Shown here: piece by piece, positions 28,501-42,731 of the stretch
Layout: each line of letters opens with the position of its first letter
How positions within the stretch are numbered: the first letter of the stretch is position 1
Assembly (NCBI RefSeq): GCF_964355755.1
Contig: NC_092672.1
Location: 16,629,237 to 16,693,236, forward strand
Source of the DNA: Antedon mediterranea
Lineage: Eukaryota; Animalia; Echinodermata
DNA length: 64,000 bases
Reading direction: 5' to 3'
Program-made: the position numbers and the translations under genes
Notes under the pieces: generated by a model
The model's input: the letters and a program-made list of their open reading frames with translations, nothing else
Database searches by the model: none
What the model was told of the DNA's origin: nothing

Positions 28501-31500
28501 TGTTAACATAAAAACATCAAAGTGCTTAAAATCACATTAGAAACCGTTTTAGACCATTTTGAGCATTTCGACAAAAAATTTTCACACAAAACAGCAAAGT
28601 GTACAGAATAGCTTCAAATCGTATTTGGAGACGTTTTAGACCTTTTTGTGATTTTCAAAAAAACTTGTTAACATAAAAACACCAAAGTGCTTAGAATAGC
28701 TTCAAATCGTATTTGGAGACGTTTTAGACCTTTTTGTGATTTTCGAAAAAACTTGTTAACATAAAAACACCAAAGTGTTTAGAATAGCTTCAAATCGCAT
28801 TTGGAGACGTTTTAGACCATTCTGTGATTTTCGAAAAAACTTGTTAACATAAAAACATCAAAGTGCTTAAAATCACATTAGAAACCGTTTTAGACCATTT
28901 TGAGCATTTCGATAAAACTTTTCACACAAAAACATCAAAGAGCACAAAATAGCTTAATATCGTATTTAAAAACGTTTTTGACCATTTTGAGCATTTAGAC
29001 AAAAAATTTTCAAACAAAACAGCAAAGTGCACAGATTAACTTCAAATCGCATTTGGAGACGTTTTAGAACATTCTGTGATTTTCGAAAAAACTTGTTAAC
29101 ATAAAAACATCAAAGTGCTTAAAATCACATTAGAAACCGTTTTAGACCATTTTGAGCATTTCGATAAAACTTTTCAGACAAAAACATTAAAGAGCACAAA
29201 ATAGCTTAATATCGTATTTAAAAACGTTTTTGACCATTTTGAGCATTCAAAAAAAAATTTCACACAAAACAGCAAAGTGCACAGAATAACTCCAAATCGC
29301 ATTTGGAGACGTTTTAGACCATTTTGTGATTTTCGAAAAAACTTGTTAACATAAAAACACCAAAGTGCTTAGAATAGCTTCAAATCGCATTTTGAGACAT
29401 TTTAGACCCTTTTGTGATTTTTGAAAAAACTTGTTAACATAAAAACATCAAAGTGCTTAAAATCACATTAGAAACCGTTTTAGACCATTTTGAGCATTTC
29501 GACAAAAAATTTTCACACAAAACAGCAAAGTGTACAGAATAGCTTCAAATCGTATTTGGAGACGTTTTAGACCTTTTTGTGATTTTCAAAAAAACTTGTT
29601 AACATAAAAACACCAAAGTGCTTAGAATAGCTTCAAATCGCATTTTGAGACATTTTAGACCCTTTTGTGATTTTCGAAAAAAACTTGGTTACACAAAAAC
29701 ACCAAAGTGCTTAAAATAGCTTCAAATCGCATTTGGAGACATTTTAGACTATATTGTGATTTTCGAAAAAACTTGTTAACATAAAAACATCAAAGTGCTT
29801 AAAATCACATTAGAAACCGTTTTAGACCATTTTGAGCATTTCGATAAAACTTTTCACACAAAAACATCAAAGAGCACAAAATACCTTAATATCGTATTCA
29901 AAAACGTTTTTGACCATTTTGAGCATTTCGACAAAAATTTTTCACACAAAACAGCAAAGTGTACAGAATAGCTTCAAATCGTATTTGGAGACGTTTTAGA
30001 CCTTTTTGTGATTTTCGAAAAAACTTGTTAACATAAAAACATCAAAATGTACAGAATAGCTTCAAATCGCATTTGGAGACGTTTTAGACCATTTTGTGAT
30101 TTTGAAAAAAACTTGTTAACATAAAAACACCAAAGAGCTTAGAATAGCTTCAAATCGCATTTTGAGACATTTTAGACCATTTTGTGTTTTTCGAAAAAAC
30201 TTGTTAACATAAAAACATCAAAGTGTACAGAATAGCTTCAAATCGCATTTTGAGACGTTTTAGACCATTTTGTGATTTTCGAAAAAACTTGTTAACATAA
30301 AAACATCAAAGTGCTTAAAATCACATTAGAAACCGTTTTAGACCATTTTAAGCATTTCGATAAAACTTTTCACACAAAAACATCAAAGAGCACAAAATAG
30401 CTTAATATCGTATTTAAAAACGTTTTTGACCATTTTGAGCATTTCGACAAAAAATTTTTACACAAAACAGCAAAGTGCACAGAATAACTTCAAATCGCAT
30501 TTGGAGACGTTTTAGACCATTTTGTGATTTTCGAAAAAACTTGTTAACATAAAAACATCAAAGTGCTTCAAATCACATTAGAAACCGTTTTAGACCATTT
30601 TGAGCATTTCGACAAAACTTTTCACACAAAAACATCAAAGAGCACAAAATAGCTTAATATCGTATTTAAAAACGTTTTTGACCATTTTGAGCATTTCGAC
30701 AAAAAAATTTCACACAAAACAGCAAAGTGCACAGAATAACTTCAAATCGCATTTGGAGACGTTTTAGACCATTTTGTGATTTTCGAAAAAACTTGTTAAC
30801 ATAAAAACACCAAAGTGCTTAGAATAGCTTCAAATCGCGTTTTGAGACATTTTAGACCCTTTTGTGATTTTTGAAAAAACTTGTTAACATAAAAACATCA
30901 AAGTGCTTCAAATCACATTAGAAACCGTTTTAGACCATTTTGAGCATTTCGATAAAACTTTTCACACAAAAACATCAAAGAGCACAAAATAGCTTAATAT
31001 CGTATTTAAAAACGTTTTTGACCATTTTGAGCATTTAGACAAAAAATTTTCAAACAAAACAGCAAAGTGCACAGAATAACTTCAAATCGCATTTGGAGAC
31101 GTTTTAGACCATTCTGTGATTTTCGAAAAAACTTGTTAACATAAAAACATCAAAGTGCTTAAAATCACATTAGAAACCGTTTTAGACCATTTTGAGCATT
31201 TCGATAAAACTTTTCACACAAAAACATTAAAGAGCACAAAATAGCTTAATATCGTATTTAAAAACGTTTTTGACCATTTTGAGCATTTCGACAAAAATTT
31301 TTCACACAAAACAGCAAAGTGTACAGAATAGCTTCAAATCGTATTTGGAGACGTTTTAGACCTTTTTGTGATTTTCGAAAAAACTTGTTAACATAAAAAC
31401 ACCAAAGTGCTAAGAATAGCTTCAAATCGCATTTGGAGACATTTTAGACCACTTTGTGATTTTCGAAAAAACTTGTTAACATAAAAACATCAAAGTGCTT

Positions 31501-32760
31501 AAAATCACATTAGAAACCGTTTTAGACCATTTTGAGCATTTCGACAAAAAATTTTCACACAAAACAGCAAAGTGTACAGAATAGCTTCAAATCGTATTTG
31601 GAGACGTTTTAGACCTTTTTGTGATTTTCAAAAAAACTTGTTAACATAAAAACACCAAAGTGCTTAGAATAGCTTCAAATCGTATTTGGAGACGTTTTAG
31701 ACCTTTTTTGTGATTTTCGAAAAAACTTGTTAACATAAAAACACCAAAGGGTTTAGAATAGCTTCAAATCGCATTTGGAGACGTTTTAGACCATTCTGTG
31801 ATTTTCGAAAAAACTTGTTAACATAAAAACATCAAAGTGCTTAAAATCACATTAGAAACCGTTTTAGACCATTTTGAGCATTTCGATAAAACTTTTCACA
31901 CAAAAACATCAAAGAGCACAAAATAGCTTAATATCGTATTTAAAAACGTTTTTGACCATTTTGAGCATTTAGACAAAAAATTTTCAAACAAAACAGCAAA
32001 GTGCACAGATTAACTTCAAATCGCATTTGGAGACGTTTTAGAACATTCTGTGATTTTCGAAAAAACTTGTTAACATAAAACATCAAAGTGCTTAAAATCA
32101 CATTAGAAACCGTTTTAGACCATTTTGAGCATTTCGATAAAACTTTTCAGACAAAAACATTAAAGAGCACAAAATAGCTTAATATCGTATTTAAAAACGT
32201 TTTTGACCATTTTGAGCATTCAAAAAAAAATTTCACACAAAACAGCAAAGTGCACAGAATAACTCCAAATCGCATTTGGAGACGTTTTAGACCATTTTGT
32301 GATTTTCGAAAAAACTTGTTAACATAAAAACACCAAAGTGCTTACAATAGCTTCAAATCGCATTTTGAGACATTTTAGACCCTTTTGTGATTTTCGAAAA
32401 AAACTTGGTTACACAAAAACACCAAAGTGCTTAAAATAGCTTCAAATCGCATTTGGAGACATTTTAGACTATATTGTGATTTTCGAAAAAACTTGTTAAC
32501 ATAAAAACATCAAAGTGCTTAAAATCACATTAGAAACCGTTTTAGACCATTTTGAGCATTTCGATAAAACTTTTCACACAAAAACATCAAAGAGCACAAA
32601 ATACCTTAATATCGTATTCAAAAACGTTTTTGACCATTTTGAGCATTTCGACAAAAATTTTTCACACAAAACAGCAAAGTGTACAGAATAGCTTCAAATC
32701 GTATTTGGAGACGTTTTAGACCTTTTTGTGATTTTCGAAAAAACTTGTTAACATAAAAAC
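10584..32760 (-). repeat. Satellite array block 2, same family, inverted orientation
   Basis: Reverse-complement monomers (TTCAAATCGCATTTGGAGACGTTTTAGACCATTTTGTGATTTTCGAAAAAACTTGTTAAC) throughout. Confidence 0.98.
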
Positions 32761-35700
32761 GACTCCAAATGCGATTTGAAGCTATTCTAAGCACTTTGGT
32801 GTTTTTATGTTAACAAGTTTTTTTTAAAATCACAAAATGGTCTAAAACGTCTCCAAATGCGATTTGAAGTTATTCTGTGCACTTTGCTGTTTTGTTTGAA
32901 AATTTTTTGTCGAAATGCTCAAAATGGTCAAAAACGTTTTTAAATACGATATTAAGCTATTTTGTGCTCTTTGATGTTTTTGTGTGAAAAGTTTTATCGA
33001 AATGCTCAAAATGGTCTAAAACGGTTTCTAATGTGATTTTAAGCACTTTGATGTTTTTATGTTAACAAGTTTTTTCGAAAATCACAGAATGGTCTAAAAC
33101 GTCTCAAAATGCGATTTGAAGCTATTCTAAGCACTTTGGTGTTTTTATGGTAACAAGTTTTTTCGAAAATCAAAAAATGGTCTAAAACGTCTCCAAATGC
33201 GATTTGAAGCTATTCTAAGCACTTTGGTGTTTTTATGTTAACAAGTTTTTTCGAAAATCACAAAAAGGTCTAAAACGTCTCCAAATACGATTTGAAGCTA
33301 TTCTGTACACTTTGCTGTTTTGTGTGAAAAATTTTTGTCGAAATGCTCAAAATGGTCAAAAACGTTTTTAAATACGATATTAAGCTATTTTGTGCTCTTT
33401 AATGTTTTTGTGTGAAAAGTTTTATCGAAATGCTCAAAATGGTCTAAAACGGTTTCTAATGTGATTTTAAGCACTTTGATGTTTTTATGTTAACAAGTTT
33501 TTTCGAAAATCACAGAATGGTCTAAAACGTCTCAAAATGCGATTTGAAGTTATTCTGTGCACTTTGCTGTTTTGTTTGAAATTTTTTTGTCTAAATGCTC
33601 AAAATGGTCAAAAACGTTTTTAAATACGATATTAAGCTATTTTGTGCTCTTTGATGTTTTTGTGTAAAAAGTTTTATCGAAATGCTCAAAATGGTCTAAA
33701 ACGGTTTCTAATGTGATTTTAAGCACTTTGATGTTTTTATGTTAACAAGTTTTTTCGAAAATCACAGAATGGTCTAAAACGTCTCAAAATGCGATTTGAA
33801 GCTATTCTAAGGACTTTGGTGTTTTTATGGTAACAAGTTTTTTCGAAAATCACAAAAATGGTCTAAAACGTCTCCAAATGCGATTTGAAGCTATTCTAAG
33901 CACTTTGGTGTTTTTATGTTAACAAGTTTTTTTGAAAATCACAAAAAGGTCTAAAACGTCTCCAAATACGATTTGAAGTTATTCTGTACACTTTGCTGTT
34001 TTGTGTGAAAAATTTTTGTCGAAATGCTCAAAATGGTCTAAAACGGTTTCTAATGTGATTTTAAGCACTTTGATGTTTTTATGTTAACAAGTTTTTTCGA
34101 AAATCACAAAGTGGTCTAAAATGTCTCCAAATGCGATTTGAAGCTATTCTTAGCACTTTGGTGTTTTTATGTTAAGTTTTTTCGAAAATCACAAAAAGGT
34201 CTAAAACGTCTCCAAATGCGATTTGAAGTTATTCTGTGCACTTTGCTGTTTTGTGTGAAAAATTTTTTTTCGAAATGCTCAAAATGGTCAAAAACGTTTT
34301 TAAATACGATATTAAGCTATTTTGTGCTCTTTGATGTTTTTGTGTGAAAAGTTTTATCGAAATGCTCAAAATGGTCTAAAACGGTTTCTAATGTGATTTT
34401 AAGCACTTTGGTGTTTTTATGTTAACAAGTTTTTTCGAAAAACACAAAATGGTCTAAAATGCGATTTGAAGCTATTCTTAGCACTTTGGTGTTTTTATGT
34501 TAACAAGTTTTTTCGAAAATCACAAAAAGGTCTAAAACGTCTCCAAATACGATTTGAAGCTACTTTTCTGTTTTGTGTGAAATTTTTTTGTCGAAATGCT
34601 CAAAATGGTCAAAAACGTTTTTAAATACGATATTAAGCTATTTTGTGCTCTTTGATGTTTTTGTGTGAAAAGTTTTATCGAAATGCTCAAAATGGTCTAA
34701 AACGGTTTCTAATGTGATTTTAAGCACTTTGATGTTTTTATGTTAACAAGTTTTTTCGAAAATCACAAAGTGGTCTAAAATGTCTCCAAATGCGATTTGA
34801 AGCTATTCTTAGCACTTTGGAATTTTTATGTTAACAAGTTTTTTCGAAAATCACAAAAGGGTCTAAAATGTCTCAAAATGCGATTTGAAGCTATTCTAAG
34901 CACTTTGGTGTTTTTATGTTAAAAAGTTTTTTCGAAAATCACAAAATGGTCTAAAATGTCTCAAAATGCGATTTGAAGCTATTCTAAGCTCTTTGGTGTT
35001 TTTATGTTAACGAAGTTTTTTCGAAAATCACAAAAGGGTCTAAAATGTCTCAAAATGCGATTTGAAGCTAATCTAAGCACTTTGGTGTTTTTATGGTAAC
35101 AAGTTTTTTCGAAAATCACAAAATGGTCTAAAACGTCTCCAAATGCAATTTGAAGCTATTTTAAGCACTTTGGTGTTTTTGTGTAACCAAGTTTTTTCGA
35201 AAATCACAAAAGGGTCTAAAATGTCTCAAAATGCGATTTGAAGCTATTCTAAGCACTTTGGTGTTTTTATGTTAACAAGTTTTTTCGGAAATCACAAAAA
35301 GGTCTAAAACGTCTCCAAATACGATTTGAAGCTATTCTGTACACTTTGCTGTTTTGTGTGAAAAATTGTTGTCGAAATGCTCAAAATGGTCAAAAACGTT
35401 TTTAAATACGATATTAAGCTATTTTGTGCTCTTTAATGTTTTTGTGTGAAAAGTTTTATCGAAATGCTCAAAATGGTCTAAAACGGTTTCTAATGTGATT
35501 TTAAGCACTTTGATGTTTTTATGTTAACAAGTTTTTTCGAAAATCACAGAATGGTCTAAAACGTCTCCAAATGCGATTTGAAGTTATTCGGTGCACTTTG
35601 CTGTTTTGTTTGAAAATTTTTTGTCTAAATGCTCAAAATGGTCAAAAACGTTTTTAAATACGATATTAAGCTATTTTGTGCTCTTTGATGTTTTTGTGTG

Positions 35701-38700
35701 AAAAGTTTTATCGAAATGCTCAAAATGGTCTAAAACGGTTTCTAATGTGATTTGAAGCACTTTGATGTTTTTATGTTAACAAGTTTTTTCAAAAATCACA
35801 AAAGGGTCTAAAATGTCTCAAAATGCGATTTGAAGCTATTCTAAGCACTTTGGTGTTTTTATGTTAACAAGTTTTTTCGAAAATCACAAAATGGTCTAAA
35901 ACGTCTCCAAATGCGATTTGAAGTTATTCTGTGCACTTTGCTGTTTTGTGTGAAATTTTTTTGTCGAAATGCTCAAAATGGTCAAAAACGTTTTTAAATA
36001 CGATATTAAGCTATTTTGTGCTCTTTGATGTTTTTGTGTGAAAAGTTTTATCGAAATGCTCAAAATGGTCTAAAACGGTTTCTAATGTGATTTTAAGCAC
36101 TTTGGTGTTTTTGTGTAACCAAGTTTTTTCGAAAATCACAAAATATTCAAAAATGTCTCCAAATGCGATTTGAAGCTATTTTAAGCACTTTGGTGTTTTT
36201 GTGTAACCAAGTTTTTTCGAAAATCACAAAAGGGTCTAAAATGTCTCAAAATGCGATTTGAAGCTATTCTAAGCACTTCGGTGTTTTTATGTTAACAAGT
36301 TTTTTCGAAAATCACAAAATGGTCTAAAACGTCTCCAAATGCGAATTGAAGCTATTCTAAGCACTTTGATGTTTTTATGTTAACAAGTTTTTTCGAAAAT
36401 CACAAAATGGTCTAAAACGTCTCCAAATGCGATTTGAAGCTATTCTGTACACTTTGATGTTTTTATGTTAACAAGTTTTTTCGAAAAACACAAAATGGTC
36501 TAAAATGTCTCAAAATGCGATTTGAAGCTATTCTGAGCTCTTTGGTGTTTTTATGTTAACAAGTTTTTTTCAAAATCACAAAATGGTCTAAAACGTCTCC
36601 AAATGCGATTTGAAGCTATTCTGTACATTTTGATGTTTTTATTTTAACAAGTTTTTTTGAAAATCACAAAATGGTCTAAAATGTCTCAAAATGCGATTTG
36701 AAGCTATTCTAAGCTCTTTGGTGTTTTTATGTTAAGTTTTTTTCAAAATCACAAAATGGTCTAAAACGTCTCCAAATGCGATTTGAAGCTATTCTGTACA
36801 CTTTGATGTTTTTATTTTAACAAGTTTTTTCGAAAATCACAAAAGGGTGTAAAATGTCTAAAAATGCGATTTGAAGCTATTCTAAGCACTTTGGTGTTTT
36901 TATGTTAACAAGTTTTTTCAAAAATCACAAAATGGTCTAAAACGTCTCCAAATGCGATTTGAAGTTATTCTGTACACTTTGATGTTTTTATGTTAACAAG
37001 TTTTTTCGAAAATCACAAAATGGTTTAAAACTTCTCCAAATGCGATTTGAAGCTATTTTAAGCACTTTGGTGTTTTTATGTTAACAAGTTTTTTCGAAAA
37101 TCACAAAATGGTCTAAAATGTCTCAAAATGCGATTTGAAGCTATTCTAAGCTCTTTGGTGTTTTTATGTTAACAAGTTTTTTCGAAAATCACAAAAGGGT
37201 CTAAAATGTCTCAAAATGCGATTTGAAGCTAATCTAAGCACTTTGGTGTTTTTATGGTAACAAGTTTTTTCGAAAATCACAAAATGGTCTAAAACGTCTC
37301 CAAATGCAATTTGAAGCTATTTTAAGCACTTTGGTGTTTTTGTGTAACCAAGTTTTTTCGAAAATCACAAAAGGGTCTAAAATGTCTCAAAATGCGATTT
37401 GAAGCTTTTCTAAGCACTTTGGTGTTTTTATGTTAACAAGTTTTTTCGAAAATCACAAAATGGTCTAAAACGTCTCCAAATGCGATTTGAAGCTATTCTA
37501 AGCACTTTGGTGTTTTTATGTTAACAAGTTTTTTCGGAAATCACAAAAAGGTCTAAAACGTCTCCAAATACGATTTGAAGCTATTCTGTACACTTTGCTG
37601 TTTTGTGTGAAAAATTTTTGTCGAAATGCTCAAAATGGTCAAAAACGTTTTTAAATACGATATTAAGCTATTTTGTGCTCTTTAATGTTTTTGTGTGAAA
37701 AGTTTTATCGAAATGCTCAAAATGGTCTAAAACGGTTTCTAATGTGATTTTAAGCACTTTGATGTTTTTATGTTAACAAGTTTTTTCGAAAATCACAGAA
37801 TGGTCTAAAACGTCTCCAAATGCGATTTGAAGTTATTCTGTGCACTTTGCTGTTTTGTTTGAAAATTTTTTGTCTAAATGCTCAAAATGGTCAAAAACGT
37901 TTTTAAATACGATATTAAGCTATTTTGTGCTCTTTGATGTTTTTGTGTGAAAAGTTTTATCGAAATGCTCAAAATGGTCTAAAACGGTTTCTAATGTGAT
38001 TTGAAGCACTTTGATGTTTTTATGTTAACAAGTTTTTTCAAAAATCACAAAAGGGTCTAAAATGTCTCAAAATGCGATTTGAAGCTATTCTAAGCACTTT
38101 GGTGTTTTTATGTTAACAAGTTTTTTCGAAAATCACAAAATGGTCTAAAACGTCTCCAAATGCGATTTGAAGTTATTCTGTGCACTTTGCTGTTTTGTGT
38201 GAAATTTTTTTGTCGAAATGCTCAAAATGGTCAAAAACGTTTTTAAATACGATATTAATCTATTTTGGGCTCTTTGATGTTTTTGTGTGAAAAGTTTTAT
38301 CGAAATGCTCAAAATGGTCTAAAACGGTTTCTAATGTGATTTTAAGCACTTTGATGTTTTTATGTTAACAAGTTTTTTCGAAAATCACAGAATGGTCTAA
38401 AACGTCTCCAAATGCGATTTGAAGTTATTCTGTGCACTTTGCTGTTTTGTGTGAAAATTTTTTTTCGAAATGCTCAAAATGGTCAAAAACGTTTTTAAAT
38501 ACGATATTAAGCTATTTTGTGCTCTTTGATGTTTTTGTGTGAAAAGTTTTATCGAAATGCTCAAAATGGTCTAAAACGGTTTCTAATGTGATTTGAAGCT
38601 CTTTGATGTTTTTATGTTAACAAGTTTTTTCGAAAATCACAAAATGGTCTAAAACGTCTCCAAATGCGATTTGAAGTTATTCTTTGCACTTTGCTGTTTT

Positions 38701-40943
38701 GTGTAAAAATGTTTTGTCGAAATGCTCAAAATGGTCAAAAACGTTTTTAAATACGATATTAAGCTATTTTGTGCTCTTTGATGTTTTTGTGTGAAAAGTT
38801 TTATCGAAATGCTTAAAATGGTCTAAAACGGTTTCTAATGTGATTTTAAGCACTTTGATGTTTTTATGTTAACAAGTTTTTTCGAAAATCACAGAATGGT
38901 CTAAAACGTCTCCAAATGCGATTTGAAGTTATTCTGTGCACTTTGCTGTTTTGTTTGAAAATTTTTTGTCTAAATGCTCAAAATGGTCAAAAACGTTTTT
39001 AAATACGATATTAAGCTATTTTGTGCTCTTTGATGTTTTTGTGTAAAAAGTTTTATCGAAATGCTCAAAATGGTCTAAAACGGTTTCTAATGTGATTTTA
39101 AGCACTTTGATGTTTTTATGTTAACAAGTTTTTTCGAAAATCACAGAATGGTCTAAAACGTCTCAAAATGCGATTTGAAGCTATTCTAAGCACTTTGGTG
39201 TTTTTATGGTAACAAGTTTTTTCGAAAATCAAAAAATGGTCTAAAACGTCTCCAAATGCGATTTGAAGCTATTCTAAGCACTTTGGTGTTTTTATGTTAA
39301 CAAGTTTTTTTGAAAATCACAAAAAGGTCTAAAACGTCTCCAAATACGATTTGAAGCTATTCTGTACACTTTGCTGTTTTGTGTGAAAATTTTTTGTCGA
39401 AATGCTCAAAATGGTCTAAAACGGTTTCTAATGTGATTTTAAGCACTTTTATGTTTTTATGTTAACAAGTTTTTTCGAAAATCACAAAGTGGTCTAAAAT
39501 GTCTCCAAATGCGATTTGAAGCTATTCTTAGCACTTTGGTGTTTTTATGTTAACAAGTTTTTTCGAAAATCACAAAAAGGTCTAAAACGTCTCCAAATGC
39601 GATTTGAAGTTATTCTGTGCACTTTGCTGTTTTGTGTGAAAATTTTTTTTCGAAATGCTCAAAATGGTCAAAAACGTTTTTAAATACGATATTAAGCTAT
39701 TTTGTGCTCTTTGATATTTTTGTGTGAAAAGTTTTATCGAAATGCTCAAAATGGTCTAAAACGGTTTCTAATGTGATTTTAAGCACTTTGGTGTTGTTAT
39801 GTTAACAAGTTTTTTCGAAAAACACAAAATGGTCTAAAATGCGATTTGAAGCTATTCTTAGCACTTTGGTGTTTTTATGTTAACAAGTTTTTTCGAAAAT
39901 CACAAAAAGGTCTAAAACGTCTCCAAATACGATTTGAAGCTACTTTTCTGTTTTGTGTGAAATTTTTTTGTCGAAATGCTCAAAATGGTCAAAAACGTTT
40001 TTAAATACGATATTAAGCTATTTTGTGCTCTTTGATGTTTTTGTGTGAAAAGTTTTATCGAAATGCTCAAAATGGTCTAAAACGGTTTCTAATGTGATTT
40101 TAAGCACTTTGATGTTTTTATGTTAACAAGTTTTTTCGAAAATCACAAAGTGGTCTAAAATGTCTCCAAATGCGATTTGAAGCTATTCTTAGCACTTTGG
40201 AATTTTTATGTTAACAAGTTTTTTCGAAAATCACAAAAGGGTCTAAAATGTCTCAAAATGCGATTTGAAGCTATTCTAAGCACTTTGGTGTTTTTATGTT
40301 GACAAGTTTTTTCGAAAATCACAAAATGGTCTAAAATGTCTCAAAATGCGATTTGAAGCTATTCTAAGCTCTTTGGTGTTTTTATGTTAACAAGTTTTTT
40401 CAAAAATCACAAAAGGGTCTAAAATGTCTCAAAATGCGATTTGAAGCTAATCTAAGCACTTTGGTGTTTTTATTGTAACAAGTTTTTTCGAAAATCACAA
40501 AATGGTCTAAAACGTCTCCAAATGCAATTTGAAGCTATTTTAAGCACTTTGGTGTTTTTGTGTAACCAAGTTTTTTTCGAAAATCACAAAAGGGTCTAAA
40601 ATGTCTCAAAATGCGATTTGAAGCTATTCTAAGCACTTTGGTGTTTTTATGTTAACAAGTTTTTTCGAAAATCACAAAATGGTCTAAAACGTCTCCAAAT
40701 GCGATTTGAAGCTATTCTAAGGACTTCGGTGTTTTTATGTTAACAAGTTTTTTCGGAAATCACAAAAAGGTCTAAAACGTCTCCAAATACGATTTGAAGC
40801 TATTCTGTACACTTTGCTGTTTTGTGTTAAAAATTTTTGTCGAAATGCTCAAAATGGTCAAAAACGTTTTTAAATACGATATTAAGCTATTTTGTGCTCT
40901 TTAATGTTTTTTGTGTGAAAAGTTTTATCGAAATGCTCAAAAT
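32761..40943 (+). repeat. Satellite array block 3, + orientation
   Basis: Forward monomers resume at GACTCCAAATGCGATTTGAAG (32761) and run to GCTCAAAAT (40943). Confidence 0.98.
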
Positions 40944-41781
40944 CGCATTTGGAGACGTTTTAGACCATTTTTTGATTTTCGAAAAAACTTGTTAACATAA
41001 AAACACCAAAGTGCTTAGAATAGCTTCAAATCGCATTTTGAGACGTTTTAGACCATTCTGTGATTTTCGAAAAAACTTGTTAACATAAAAACATCAAAGT
41101 GCTTAAAATCACATTAGAATCCGTTTTAGACCATTTTGAGCATTTCGATAAAACTTTTCAAACAAAAACATCAAAGAGCACAAAATAGCTTAATATCGTA
41201 TTTAAAAACGTTTTTGACCATTTTGAGCATTTCGACAAAAAATTTTCACACAAAACAGCAAAGTGCACAGAATAACTTCAAATCGCATTTGGAGACGTTT
41301 TAGACAATTTTGTGATTTTCGAAAAAACTTGTTAACATAAAAACACCAAAGTGCTAAGAATAGCTTCAAATCGCATTTGGAGACATTTTAGACCATTTTG
41401 TGATTTTCGAAAAAACTTATTAAGATAAAAACATCAAAGTGTACACAATAGCTTCAAATCGCATTTGGAGACGTTTTAGACCATTTTGTGATTTTCGAAA
41501 AAACTTGTTAACATAAAAATTCCAAAGTGCTAAGAATAGCTTCAAATCGCATTTGGAGACATTTTAGACCATTTTGTGATTTTCGAAAAAACTTGTTAAT
41601 ATAAAAACATCAAAGTGTACAGAATAGCTTCAAATCGCATTTGGAGACGTTTTAGACCCTTTTGTGATTTTCGAAAAAACTTGTTAACATAAAAACATCA
41701 AAGTGCTTAGAATAGCTTCAAATCGCATCTTGAGACGTTTTAGACCATTCTGTGATTTTCGAAAAAACTTTTTAACATAAA
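40944..41781 (-). repeat. Satellite array block 4a, inverted orientation, left of the transposon
   Basis: Reverse monomers; near-identical to 10584-11421 at an offset of 30,360. Confidence 0.98.
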
Positions 41782-41921
41782 TAGACCAGTCGGATCTGGA
41801 GGCAGGTGTCACTTTTCTGCAGAATTTTCCAAACCAACTTTTTCTAGTGCATTTTTTGACGTAGATTACGAATCTGGTTGTTGATCGGACTAACGTGGGG
41901 GCTTTTTAAAGATATAAACGT
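41782..41921 (+). repeat. Left terminal inverted repeat (imperfect, about 140 bp)
   Basis: Colinear blocks shared with the reverse complement of the right end: TAGACCAGTCG, AGGTGTCACTTTT, TGCAGAATTT, ACTTTTTCT, GTAGA.TACGAAT, TGTTGATCG, GGGGGC, AGATAT. Confidence 0.9.
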
Positions 41922-42731
41922 TTAAAATCTTGATTTTTGAGAGCCGAAATTAATCAAAATAAAACAAATTTAGACAATAGAGGGCGCACTTTCTACATAA
42001 TTATGAGTAAATTGGATTAAAAAAGACTTCGTTGCTGTTAATTTTATTCACGTAAATGTGAAAATAATTTATAAATCTGATCGGTTTTATATGCTGAAAT
42101 TGTTTTAGTAATACACTGTGTAGTATAAAGTTAGTTAGAACTTTTCATTTTCGCGTTTTCAGTGATCAAAAATGATATTGTCTAGGCCCGAATATGAATG
42201 CTTCCAGCGTACGACGTATGTAAACAAAGGACGTTTAAACCGCGATGACCGCATATAAAGTTCGCTCAAGTGAATAGTGGGTAGGCTTTTACTAGCCTAG
42301 CGTATTGTGACCGTATGCATGAAACATCTTTCTCTAGCTTATTTTGCATGCAGCGCTAGCTTTACATAAACATGTGTACTACTGTTTTTAAATTTTTTCC
42401 CCCGATTTTTAGGTGGTGTAAGGGCCTAGAACTTATATTATTATTACTGACAGGCTTCTAGAGTAGGCTACTACTATACTACTAGGCCTAGTACTGATGT
42501 AGTAACTAGCTGGCATAATAGTAGCGTAGGTGTAGATGTATTATGGTGTCGTGTGTGTAGTCTTACAGCTAAAACATTTATTTTTGTATACATAAATCTA
42601 ATAAATGCTGTGTACTACTACCCGTATATTCAGCTGATTATAACAATACATTCAGCAACCCTATCAACCAACGATTTCTCACAGGTGACATCATTGTTCA
42701 GGTGGAAACATTGTGAAAATACTACAACGAT

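Noticed and set aside
1-41781. CRISPR-like array
   Set aside because: Monomers are contiguous with no unique spacers and no cas genes; the context is eukaryotic.
41976-41990. CTCF-like motif CAATAGAGGGCGCAC
   Set aside because: Single partial motif match; cannot be distinguished from chance without binding data.
42440-42560. CTA/TAG-rich stretch with TAGGCCTA palindromes
   Set aside because: Low-complexity sequence with no regular unit; insufficient to assign function or taxon.
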